The position numbers and the translations under genes are program-made. A stretch of 39,145 bases of DNA from Thermodesulfobacteriota bacterium (GTDB taxonomy: Bacteria > Desulfobacterota > BSN033 > UBA1163): NCBI GenBank assembly GCA_041082155.1, contig JBDOIB010000021.1, positions 1 through 39,145 of the forward strand, given 5' to 3'. Of the stretch, positions 27,153 to 35,690 are shown piece after piece. Numbering within the stretch: the stretch's first letter is position 1; every line of letters starts with the position of its first letter. Below the pieces are notes generated by a model. It was given only the letters and a program-made list of their open reading frames with translations. It was not told where the DNA came from and did not search any database.

Positions 27153-28088
27153 GTGGATAAGATCAAAGTGGGTGTGGTCGGGGTTGGATACTTTGGCCAG
27201 TTCCATATAGAGAAGTATTTAAAAATGAAGGAGGTCGAACTGGTCGGAGTGGTGGATACCGACGCTGCCCGTTCGAGAAAGATTGCACAAAGATATCAGA
27301 TCCAATTCTTCGAGAATCATACTCAGCTTTTTGATAAGGTTCAGGCGGTCAGTATTGTTTCTTCTACTCCTTCTCACTATTCTATTGCCAGAGATTTCTT
27401 ACTTCGAGGGATTGATATCCTCCTTGAAAAACCCATGGTCACGAATTTAGGAGAAGCTGAGGATTTGATTCGAATTGCTGAACAGAAGGGACTTGTCTTT
27501 CAAGTCGGACACTTGGAACGATTTAATGGAGCCCTCTTAGCGACCCAAGGCCTGATCCATGAGCCTAGGATTATCGAATTTCAACGATTGACCCCTTTTA
27601 CGGGAAGAGGAATTGAAGTCGATGTGGTCTTAGACTTAATGATCCACGATCTGGATCTCCTTTTAAGCTGGATTTCTTCCCCGATTAAATCCATCTTTTC
27701 GGTTGGACTCCCCATTCTAACTCCCCATTCCGATGTAGCCCACGCACGAATCGAGTTTGAGAATGGTTGTATCGCCTCCCTCTTGGCGAGCCGCTTCTCC
27801 AAGGAGAAGGTGAGAAAAGCCCAGATTTTTCAACCCGAAAGCATGGTGTTGATTGATTTTCTGAACCAGAAGGCCTCTTATATTCAGAAAGAAGGGCATT
27901 TAGGGGGGAGGGTAAGAGAGATCCCAGTCACCCCGAGTGATCCTCTGGAGTTAGAAATTCGAGACTTTATTCAAAGTGTCAGAGACCGGAGAGTGGCAAA
28001 GGTTTCAGGTCAAGAGGGAAGACGGGTTCTGGAATTGGCCCTCCAAATCCTTCAACAAATTCACTCTGCACAGAAACCCCTATCGTGA
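27153..28088 (+). CDS. Gfo/Idh/MocA-family NAD(P)-dependent oxidoreductase embedded in the lpx cluster (GnnA-like candidate)
   Basis: Rossmann N-terminus KVGVVGVGYFGQFH and the family EKP motif (LLEKPM). The GTG start immediately follows the lpxA stop. The stop lies 1 nt before the lpxB ATG. Confidence 0.8.
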   Translation: MDKIKVGVVGVGYFGQFHIEKYLKMKEVELVGVVDTDAARSRKIAQRYQIQFFENHTQLFDKVQAVSIVSSTPSHYSIARDFLLRGIDILLEKPMVTNLGEAEDLIRIAEQKGLVFQVGHLERFNGALLATQGLIHEPRIIEFQRLTPFTGRGIEVDVVLDLMIHDLDLLLSWISSPIKSIFSVGLPILTPHSDVAHARIEFENGCIASLLASRFSKEKVRKAQIFQPESMVLIDFLNQKASYIQKEGHLGGRVREIPVTPSDPLELEIRDFIQSVRDRRVAKVSGQEGRRVLELALQILQQIHSAQKPLS

Positions 28089-28089
28089 G

Positions 28090-29232
28090 ATGAAGAAGAT
28101 TTTCCTTTCGGCCGGAGAGGTTTCAGGAGATCTCCATGGAGCCCATCTCGTTGAGGCGATTCGAAGGATGAACCCTCACATCAGGTTTTATGGAATGGGA
28201 GGGGAGTGCCTGAAGTCAATAGGGATGGAGATTCTCATAGAGGCCCATCGTCTATCCGTGGTGGGCATTACGGAAGCCCTATCAAAGATTCCTACCGTCT
28301 GGATGGCTCTCAGGAAATTAAGAAATTGGATGGAGCGAGAGAGACCTGATCTGATGATTTTGATAGACTTTCCGGAGTTTAATCTTCGATTAGCAAAGAT
28401 TGCTCATCATCTGGGAATCCCCGTGGTCTACTATATCAGCCCCCAGATCTGGGCCTGGAGGAGGGGAAGGGTTAAACGGATTGCAAAGTATGTTCGAAAG
28501 ATGATCGTTTTTCTCCCCTTTGAAGTTCCCTTTTACCTGAAAGAAGGGGTGGATGTTTCATGGGTCGGTCACCCTCTTCTTGATATCGTGAAACCCTCCC
28601 TTCCCAAAGAAGAGGCTTTCCGAAAATTCGGTCTCGACCCTGGAAAAAGAACGATCGGACTTCTACCCGGAAGCCGCCAAGCGGAGGTTCAAAGACATCT
28701 TCCTGTGCTGCTGCGCTCGGCCATTCTTCTTCAAAAAGAGATTCCAGACCTTCAGTTTGTTATTCCCCTGGCTCCTGCCCTCTCGGAGATCGAGGTTCAA
28801 TCCCTTATCGAGATGAATCCGATTGAGGTGAAGATAATCAAAGGATTTGTGTATGATATCATGAATCTTTCGGAACTTCTCCTCCTAGCCTCCGGGACGG
28901 CAACGCTTGAGGCGACTCTCCTTGAAAAACCCATGGTGATTCTCTATAAAGTTTCCTTTCTTTCCTACTGGATAGGAAGGGGGCTCATTCATGTAAAACA
29001 TATCGGTCTGGTCAATCTTTTGGCAGGTCGGGAGATCGTCAAAGAATTGATTCAAAAAGAGGCCACCCCTGAAAAGATGGCAGAGGAGGCCCTTCTGCTT
29101 CTGAAAGATCAAGCTCTTTATCAAAAGGTAGTTACCTCTCTTCAAGCCATACGGAAAACTCTTGGGGAGCCTGGCGCCGTTCAAAGGGCGGCGGAGATCA
29201 TTCTTTCCTTGCTTAAAAAGAATGAGTTATGA
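28090..29232 (+). CDS. lpxB: Lipid-A-disaccharide synthase
   Basis: MKKIFLSAGEVSGDLHGAHL N-terminus and YYISPQIWAWR motif. I chose the ATG at 28090. The track start at 27976 would overlap the oxidoreductase gene by 113 nt and adds non-homologous residues. Confidence 0.92.
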   Translation: MKKIFLSAGEVSGDLHGAHLVEAIRRMNPHIRFYGMGGECLKSIGMEILIEAHRLSVVGITEALSKIPTVWMALRKLRNWMERERPDLMILIDFPEFNLRLAKIAHHLGIPVVYYISPQIWAWRRGRVKRIAKYVRKMIVFLPFEVPFYLKEGVDVSWVGHPLLDIVKPSLPKEEAFRKFGLDPGKRTIGLLPGSRQAEVQRHLPVLLRSAILLQKEIPDLQFVIPLAPALSEIEVQSLIEMNPIEVKIIKGFVYDIMNLSELLLLASGTATLEATLLEKPMVILYKVSFLSYWIGRGLIHVKHIGLVNLLAGREIVKELIQKEATPEKMAEEALLLLKDQALYQKVVTSLQAIRKTLGEPGAVQRAAEIILSLLKKNEL

Positions 29233-29256
29233 TAACAATAAGAGAGAGGATGATCC

Positions 29257-31017
29257 ATGGACCTTTACCGGCGTCTCCTTCAGTTGATTAAACCCTACTG
29301 GATGAAATTGGCCTCTGCCATGCTCTGCATGGTTTTTGTGTCTCTTCTCACCTCTGCTCAGGCCTTTCTCGTGAAACCTGCTTTGGATGAGATCTTCCTG
29401 AAGAAGGACGAAAAGAGCCTCTTTCTCCTTCCCCTGGCCATTATCCTTCTGTTCCTTTTAAAAGGGCTCTTCGATTATGGTCAGGCTTATCTCATGAATT
29501 ACGTAGGGTTAAGGATTGTCGCCGATCTCAGAGAGAAACTCTATCAGCATATTCAAAGACTCTCCCTCTCTTTCTTTACGAAGACCTCTACAGGAACCCT
29601 CATTTCCCGAATCACCTATGATGTCGGTCTCATCCAATCTTCTGTTTCAAATGCCATTACGGGTTTAATCAAAGATGTCTTTACGATCTTGGGTCTGATC
29701 GGTGTCCTTTTCTATCAGCATTGGAAATTTGCCCTGCTGGCCCTCATCGTCTTTCCTTTAGCGATCATCCCGATCAAAGAGTTTGGAAAGAAACTTCGAA
29801 AATTTAGCCGAAAAGGACTCCAGCGGATGGGGTCGCTGACGACCCTCCTTCACGAAACCATCACAGGAAATCGAATCGTCAAGGCCTTCAATATGGAGGA
29901 TTATGAGATACGTCGTTTTTCCCAAGAAAATGAACGATTTTTTAGAATCTTTTTGAAACGAGTCAGGGTGAGAGCCATTTCCCATCCTCTCATGGAACTT
30001 TTAGGGGGGATAGGGGTGGCCCTCCTCATCTGGGTGGGAGGCTATAGTGTGATTCGGGGAGAATTGACTCCCGGGACATTCTTCTCCTTCATGGCTGCCC
30101 TTTTCATGCTTTATGCCCCTGTGCGGGATCTTAGTAAGGTTAATCTCGAAATTCAGGAAGGTCTTGCAGCGGCCGGAAGGGTTTTTGAACTCCTGGATAC
30201 AGCAGTAGAGATTAAGGACGAAGATGGAGCGATTCCTCTCCCCCCTATCTCTAAGGGCATCGAATTTCGGGATGTCTATTTTAAATATGACGGAGAGCCG
30301 ATCCTCGAGGGGATTAACCTTTCTGTTCGGGTGGGGGAGACCATTGCGATTGTTGGGATGAGTGGAGCAGGAAAGACCTCTCTGGTGAACCTCCTTCCAC
30401 GATTTTATGATGTCCAGGAAGGACAAATCCTGATCGATGGCTATGATATTCGAAAAGTAACCTTGAAATCTTTAAGGGATCAAATTGGGTTGGTCACCCA
30501 GCAGACCATTCTCTTCAATGATACGGTTCGAAACAACATTGCTTACGGAAGTCCCAACCGTTCAGAGGAAGAGATTATCGAAGCCGCTAAAGCCGCCTAT
30601 GCCCATGAGTTTATTCAAAAGCTTCCCCAGGGATATGAAACCCTCATTGGAGAGCAAGGAGTTAAACTTTCTGGAGGAGAACGCCAACGGATTGCCATTG
30701 CAAGGGCCCTCCTTAAAGATGCACCCATTCTGATTCTTGATGAAGCGACCTCCTCTCTTGACTCCGAATCAGAGATTGAGGTTCAAAAGGCTCTGGAGAG
30801 ATTGATGAAAGGCCGAACGGTTTTTGTCATCGCTCATAGACTCTCTACCGTTCGAAATGCTCATCGAATCATCGTTCTTTCAGAAGGAAGGATTGTTGAA
30901 GAAGGGACCCATGAGGAACTCATGGCCCGCGGAGGGGAGTATTATCGACTCTATCAACTCCAATTCAAGGATGATGGGATGAAGGTCGAGAGGAGGGAGA
31001 GAAAGAAAATTTACTGA
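29257..31017 (+). CDS. msbA: Lipid A export ABC transporter (fused permease/ATPase), MsbA-like
   Basis: Six-TM N-terminal domain. Walker A GMSGAGKTS. Signature LSGGERQRIAIARAL. Walker B ILILDEATSSLD. It sits in the lpxB-msbA-...-waaA-lpxK context. Confidence 0.88.
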   Translation: MDLYRRLLQLIKPYWMKLASAMLCMVFVSLLTSAQAFLVKPALDEIFLKKDEKSLFLLPLAIILLFLLKGLFDYGQAYLMNYVGLRIVADLREKLYQHIQRLSLSFFTKTSTGTLISRITYDVGLIQSSVSNAITGLIKDVFTILGLIGVLFYQHWKFALLALIVFPLAIIPIKEFGKKLRKFSRKGLQRMGSLTTLLHETITGNRIVKAFNMEDYEIRRFSQENERFFRIFLKRVRVRAISHPLMELLGGIGVALLIWVGGYSVIRGELTPGTFFSFMAALFMLYAPVRDLSKVNLEIQEGLAAAGRVFELLDTAVEIKDEDGAIPLPPISKGIEFRDVYFKYDGEPILEGINLSVRVGETIAIVGMSGAGKTSLVNLLPRFYDVQEGQILIDGYDIRKVTLKSLRDQIGLVTQQTILFNDTVRNNIAYGSPNRSEEEIIEAAKAAYAHEFIQKLPQGYETLIGEQGVKLSGGERQRIAIARALLKDAPILILDEATSSLDSESEIEVQKALERLMKGRTVFVIAHRLSTVRNAHRIIVLSEGRIVEEGTHEELMARGGEYYRLYQLQFKDDGMKVERRERKKIY

Positions 31018-31024
31018 TGGAAAA

Positions 31025-31702
31025 ATGACCATCAAAAGGCTCAAAAAAAGGTTGGCCGAAAAATTTGGGCCGTGGCTTGCCTATTGGGCGGTTAGGCTTT
31101 TAGCTAAAACCATGCGTTTTGAGATCCTCCGTTCAGAGATCCCTATGTCTTTCTGGAAGGAGGAGATCCCTGTTATTGGAGCATTTTGGCATAGTCGGCT
31201 TCTTATGATGCCGGTCGTTTACAAGGGAAATAAGTTAAGTTTTTTAGTCTCCCCTCATCGAGATGGCCAGATTGTGGGTCGAGCCTTTAAGAAATTCGGG
31301 TTCATGCCGATCCTTGGCTCCTCTGATAAAAGAGGAAGTCAGGCCCTTCAGGAGATGATCAGGGCCATTCGCCAAGGTTATGACGTGGCCATTGTCCCGG
31401 ATGGACCCAGGGGACCTTGTCAACGGGTTCAATTTGGAATCATCGAATTGGCCCGCCGCACTGGAGCCCCCATCCTCCCGGTCTCTTTCAGTGCATCCAA
31501 GAAAAAGATCATGAAGACTTGGGATCGATTCCTCCTTCCAAGACCTTTCTCCAAAGGCGTCTTTATCTGGGGAGAACCCATTTATGTGAATCCCAAAGGA
31601 GATCGACAGTATCTTGAAGAAAGGAGGGCTTTTTTAGAGAAACGCCTGAACGAACTCACCGAAGAGGCTGATCGTTATTTTAACCATGGAGGAAAGGAAT
31701 AA
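31025..31702 (+). CDS. lpxJ: DUF374-family lysophospholipid-acyltransferase-like protein (LpxJ-type lipid A late acyltransferase candidate)
   Basis: Motifs FWHSRLLMMP, SPHRDGQIVG and VAIVPDGPRGP, which I recall for DUF374. It lies directly upstream of waaA, as is typical for this family. Confidence 0.65.
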   Translation: MTIKRLKKRLAEKFGPWLAYWAVRLLAKTMRFEILRSEIPMSFWKEEIPVIGAFWHSRLLMMPVVYKGNKLSFLVSPHRDGQIVGRAFKKFGFMPILGSSDKRGSQALQEMIRAIRQGYDVAIVPDGPRGPCQRVQFGIIELARRTGAPILPVSFSASKKKIMKTWDRFLLPRPFSKGVFIWGEPIYVNPKGDRQYLEERRAFLEKRLNELTEEADRYFNHGGKE

Positions 31703-31713
31703 GACTTCTCTTT

Positions 31714-32997
31714 ATGGTGTTATCCTATCTTTACAATATACTCTTCACCCTATTCCTTCTTTTTTATATCCCTTTTCTCTTCCTTAAGAGTCTCTTTCAA
31801 AAGTCACTTCGAGAAGTTCTCAGAGAGAGATTGGCCTTTTACCCCTCTCTTTCTCCGGCTCGACCCATCTGGATTCATGCAGCCTCGATGGGAGAGGTTC
31901 TTTGCTCTCTTCCATTGATCAGAAAGATGAGGGAGGAGTTTTATTCTTTTAGAATGGTTCTTACAACCATGACTCAAGCTGGCAAAGAAACAGCCAGGAA
32001 GAATCTTACGGAAGTGGATGGGATTCTTTACTTTCCCTTTGATCACCCTGTGATTCTCAAACGGGCGTTTCGCACCCTCTCCCCTTCCCTTTTACTCATT
32101 GCGGAGACGGAGCTCTGGCCCAATCTTCTTCGGCTCTGTGGAGAGAAAGGGATTCCCGTTCTTCTTTTTAACGGCAGGATCTCTCAGAAATCCTTTGGAA
32201 GATATAGATGGTTGAAACCCCTTTTTAAAATTCCTCTCCGTTCCGTATCCCTCTTTTTAATGCAGACGGAAGAGGATCGTAGACGAATCATCGAGATGGG
32301 AGTTCCCCTCGAGAAGACCCGTGTCACCGGGAATCTTAAATTTGACCAAGTCGTTTCTTCTCCGGATTCGAGAAAAGAAAGCGAGGACAAAAGCCTCCTC
32401 TTTTTGAAGTCCATCCCTCTCTGGATTGCCGGATCGACCCATCCCGGAGAAGAGGAGATACTTCTCCGTCTTTTCAAGAGACTCAAAGAGAATCATCCTT
32501 CTCTTTGCCTTCTTCTTGCTCCTCGCCACCTCCATCGGCTTGAGGAAGTAGTGAGACTCTTAAAAAGAGAAGGCCTCTCCTGGGTGAAAAGAACAGCTCT
32601 TCGGGCTAAAGAGGAGGAAGAGAGAAAGCAGGTGATTCTTCTCGATACCCTTGGTGAGCTGAAGACCCTTTATCAATATGGAACTATAGTGTTTATTGGA
32701 GGCAGTCTGGTTCCGGTGGGAGGACACAACCCTCTGGAGCCTCTCTTCTTTAAGAAATGCGTCCTCTTCGGGCCTCATATGTTCAATTTTATGGAGATCT
32801 CCCGGCATTTGGTTAATCTCGGGGGAGCCATTCAGGTAAAAGATGAAGAAGAGCTTGCCTTTCAAATGGAAGACCTTCTCAGAGATGAGCGAAAAAGGAG
32901 GGAGGTTGGAGAGAGGGGATACCAGTTTGTTCAAATGCATCGGGGGGCCACCAAAAGAAGCATGGATGAAATACGAGCCTATTTGATTGGAAGATAA
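31714..32997 (+). CDS. waaA: 3-deoxy-D-manno-octulosonic acid (Kdo) transferase
   Basis: N-terminal TM helix. Motifs IWIHAASMGEV and ETELWPNL. C-terminal GGSLVPVGGHNPLEP. The protein is 427 aa. Confidence 0.92.
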   Translation: MVLSYLYNILFTLFLLFYIPFLFLKSLFQKSLREVLRERLAFYPSLSPARPIWIHAASMGEVLCSLPLIRKMREEFYSFRMVLTTMTQAGKETARKNLTEVDGILYFPFDHPVILKRAFRTLSPSLLLIAETELWPNLLRLCGEKGIPVLLFNGRISQKSFGRYRWLKPLFKIPLRSVSLFLMQTEEDRRRIIEMGVPLEKTRVTGNLKFDQVVSSPDSRKESEDKSLLFLKSIPLWIAGSTHPGEEEILLRLFKRLKENHPSLCLLLAPRHLHRLEEVVRLLKREGLSWVKRTALRAKEEEERKQVILLDTLGELKTLYQYGTIVFIGGSLVPVGGHNPLEPLFFKKCVLFGPHMFNFMEISRHLVNLGGAIQVKDEEELAFQMEDLLRDERKRREVGERGYQFVQMHRGATKRSMDEIRAYLIGR

Positions 32998-33036
32998 AAA
33001 GATTGGGAGATCAGAAAATCCAACACTTATGACTTT

Positions 33037-34110
33037 ATGAAGTGGCGAATGGATCACTTCCTTTATAAAAAGAGTTCCTCCTGGGGAGAAAGGGTATCCC
33101 TCTTTCCTCTTTATCTGGCTTCTATTCCATATGGATGGGCTGTTTCGATGAGGACTCTTTTGTATTCCTCGGGTTTCCTAAAACAGAATAGACTCCCCTG
33201 TCCCGTGATCAGTATTGGAAATATTACGGTGGGAGGAACAGGGAAGACTCCCTTGGTAATCCATCTGGCCCAGAGACTGGTTGAAGAAGGAATCTCCATA
33301 GCCATCCTGAGCAGGGGATATAAAAGGAATAAAGATTCGAGTCCTTTGGTCAGCGATGGGAAAACGATTTTTCTTCCACCTGAAGACTCCGGAGACGAAG
33401 CCTACTTGATGGCTCAGAGGCTCAAGAACGTTCCTGTGCTGGTTGGAAAGGATAGGTTCAGAAATGGCTTAATGGCTCTTCAAACACTTAAGGTTCAAGG
33501 GTTTCTTCTTGATGATGGATTCCAACACCTTTCTCTTTATCGAAATCTCAATATTGTTCTCATCGATTCCCTCATTGGATTTGGCAGCGGATATCTCCTT
33601 CCAAGAGGTATTCTCAGAGAGCCTCTTTCGAGTCTTCAGAGAGCGGATCTTTTCATCCTGACCAAGGTGAAGGGAAAAAAGGATTGTGACCCCCTGGAGA
33701 ACAGATTAAAGGAGCTTCACCCCCGGGCTAAGATTTTTCATAGCCATTATGAACCGGTTGAATTTGTAAATTCCCATGGAGAGATTCAAGAGCTTTCGTT
33801 ACTGAAAGGAAGGAGGGTCCTCGCCTTTTCTGGAATTGCCAGGCCTGAAACCTTTTCTTCTCTGCTTGAACAGATGGGCATTGAAATCCAGAAGGAATTG
33901 GTCTTTCCCGATCATCATTCTTATTCTATTTCCGACTTAGAAAGGATAAGGAGAGAAGCCAGAGGAGTGGACTTCCTGGTAACGACAGAGAAGGATATGG
34001 TGAAGTTGGCCCAATCCCCTCTTTCTACCTTCCCCCTGATGGCCCTTCGGATCGATGTGAAGGTATGGGAGGAGGAGGAATTTTATAGAAGAGTAATGGA
34101 AATTTTTTGA
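33037..34110 (+). CDS. lpxK: Tetraacyldisaccharide 4'-kinase
   Basis: P-loop SIGNITVGGTGKTP, then ILSRGY and LLDDGFQH motifs. The start is uncertain: the ATG at 33037 or at 33049, neither with a clear RBS. Confidence 0.9.
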   Translation: MKWRMDHFLYKKSSSWGERVSLFPLYLASIPYGWAVSMRTLLYSSGFLKQNRLPCPVISIGNITVGGTGKTPLVIHLAQRLVEEGISIAILSRGYKRNKDSSPLVSDGKTIFLPPEDSGDEAYLMAQRLKNVPVLVGKDRFRNGLMALQTLKVQGFLLDDGFQHLSLYRNLNIVLIDSLIGFGSGYLLPRGILREPLSSLQRADLFILTKVKGKKDCDPLENRLKELHPRAKIFHSHYEPVEFVNSHGEIQELSLLKGRRVLAFSGIARPETFSSLLEQMGIEIQKELVFPDHHSYSISDLERIRREARGVDFLVTTEKDMVKLAQSPLSTFPLMALRIDVKVWEEEEFYRRVMEIF

Positions 34111-34161
34111 GAGATAGGTTAAAAAAATTTTTTAAAATTTTGGAAGGGAGAATTTTTGGAG

Positions 34162-35688
34162 ATGAGTGAGCAGGTAAAAATCTTTGATACCACCCTTCGG
34201 GACGGAGAGCAATCTCCGGGAGCGACGATGAATGTCGCCGAAAAGGTGAGGATTGCCGAACAGCTGGAGAAGCTGAGGGTGGATGTCATTGAGGCGGGTT
34301 TTCCCATCTCCTCAGAAGGAGATTTTGAAGCAGTCAGAGAGATTGCAAAGAAGATCAAACGATCGGAAGTCGCCGCCTTGGCGAGGACTTCTTTGCCGGA
34401 TATTAAAAGGGCTTGGGAAGCGGTAAAATTTGCCCTCCATCCGCGAATTCACACCTTTATTGCCACCTCCGATATTCATCTGAAATATAAACTTCGAATC
34501 TCTCGAGAGAAGGCTTTAAGGGAAGCTGTCAAAGCGGTCAGATATGCCAAGAGCCTCTGTGAGAATGTAGAATTTTCAGCGGAAGATGCAACCCGGAGCG
34601 ATATCGATTTTCTGTGTGAAGTCTTCTCAAGAGTCATTCAGGCAGGGGCCACCACCATCAATGTTCCAGACACGGTGGGATATGCGATCCCGTCAGAGTT
34701 TGGAAGGCTGATCAAGACCATCCGCGACAAGGTCAAGGATATCGATAAGGTCACCCTAAGTGTTCACTGTCATAATGATCTCGGATTGGCCGTGGCAAAC
34801 TCCATCGCTGCCATTGAGAATGGAGCAAGGCAGGTAGAATGTACGATTAATGGAATCGGCGAAAGGGCAGGAAACGCCTCTCTGGAAGAGATTGTGATGG
34901 CCCTGAAGACCAGGAGAGACCTGTTTCAATTCCATACCCAGGTCAATACGAAACAGATCTTTTCGACCAGCCGTTTGGTTTCAAAAATTACAGGAATGGT
35001 CATTCAACCCAATAAGGCGGTGGTAGGAGCCAATGCCTTTGCTCACCAGTCAGGGATCCATCAGGATGGGGTGTTAAAGGAGAAATTGACTTATGAGATT
35101 ATGACTCCGGAGTCTGTGGGAATCCCTAAAAGTTCCATTGTTTTGGGAAAGCTTTCAGGACGTCATGCCTTCAGGGAAAGGCTTAAAGAACTGGGTTATG
35201 AGCTCTCCGATGAAGATCTTGAACGGGCGTTTGCAAGGTTTAAACAACTGGCAGACAAAAAACGGGAGATCTTTGACGAAGACATTGAATCGATCGTCGT
35301 CGATGAGATCCTTCGAGTTCCGAAACGTTTCAAATTAGTCTACCTCAATGTGGTTGCGGGAAATTTGACGGTTCCCACAGCCACGGTTCAGATGGAGGTG
35401 GATGGGAAGCTCGTTCAGGAAGCTGGTTTCGGAGATGGGCCAGTGGATGCGACCTTTAAGACGATTAAGAAGATCACCCGAACTCGATCAAAACTCCTTC
35501 AGTTTGCCATCAATGCCATTACCAGCGGTACAGAGGCTCAGGGAGAAGTCACGGTGAGGTTAGAAGAGAAGGGACAGACCGTCATTGGTCAGGGAGCAGA
35601 TACGGATGTGATTGTGGCAAGTGCCAAGGCCTACATTAATGCCCTGAATAAAATGGAATTCAAAAAGAAGAAATTGATCGGGATGTAA
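34162..35688 (+). CDS. leuA: 2-isopropylmalate synthase (bacterial ~510-aa type with C-terminal LeuA-dimer regulatory domain)
   Basis: Motifs IFDTTLRDGEQSPGATM, HCHNDLGLAVANS, ECTINGIGERAGNASLEE and AFAHQSGIHQDG. The ATG at 34162 follows GGAAGGGAG. Confidence 0.9.
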   Translation: MSEQVKIFDTTLRDGEQSPGATMNVAEKVRIAEQLEKLRVDVIEAGFPISSEGDFEAVREIAKKIKRSEVAALARTSLPDIKRAWEAVKFALHPRIHTFIATSDIHLKYKLRISREKALREAVKAVRYAKSLCENVEFSAEDATRSDIDFLCEVFSRVIQAGATTINVPDTVGYAIPSEFGRLIKTIRDKVKDIDKVTLSVHCHNDLGLAVANSIAAIENGARQVECTINGIGERAGNASLEEIVMALKTRRDLFQFHTQVNTKQIFSTSRLVSKITGMVIQPNKAVVGANAFAHQSGIHQDGVLKEKLTYEIMTPESVGIPKSSIVLGKLSGRHAFRERLKELGYELSDEDLERAFARFKQLADKKREIFDEDIESIVVDEILRVPKRFKLVYLNVVAGNLTVPTATVQMEVDGKLVQEAGFGDGPVDATFKTIKKITRTRSKLLQFAINAITSGTEAQGEVTVRLEEKGQTVIGQGADTDVIVASAKAYINALNKMEFKKKKLIGM

Positions 35689-35690
35689 AG

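Noticed and set aside
27976-28089. N-terminal extension of lpxB proposed by the ORF track. Similar extensions occur at 2776, 11181, 22057, 24343, 34156, 36968 and 38228.
   Set aside because: The extensions overlap the preceding gene or add residues with no homology. Internal ATGs with GGAG-type RBS give N-termini that match the family consensus, for example MKKIFLSAGEVSGD for LpxB and a signal peptide for BamA and Skp.
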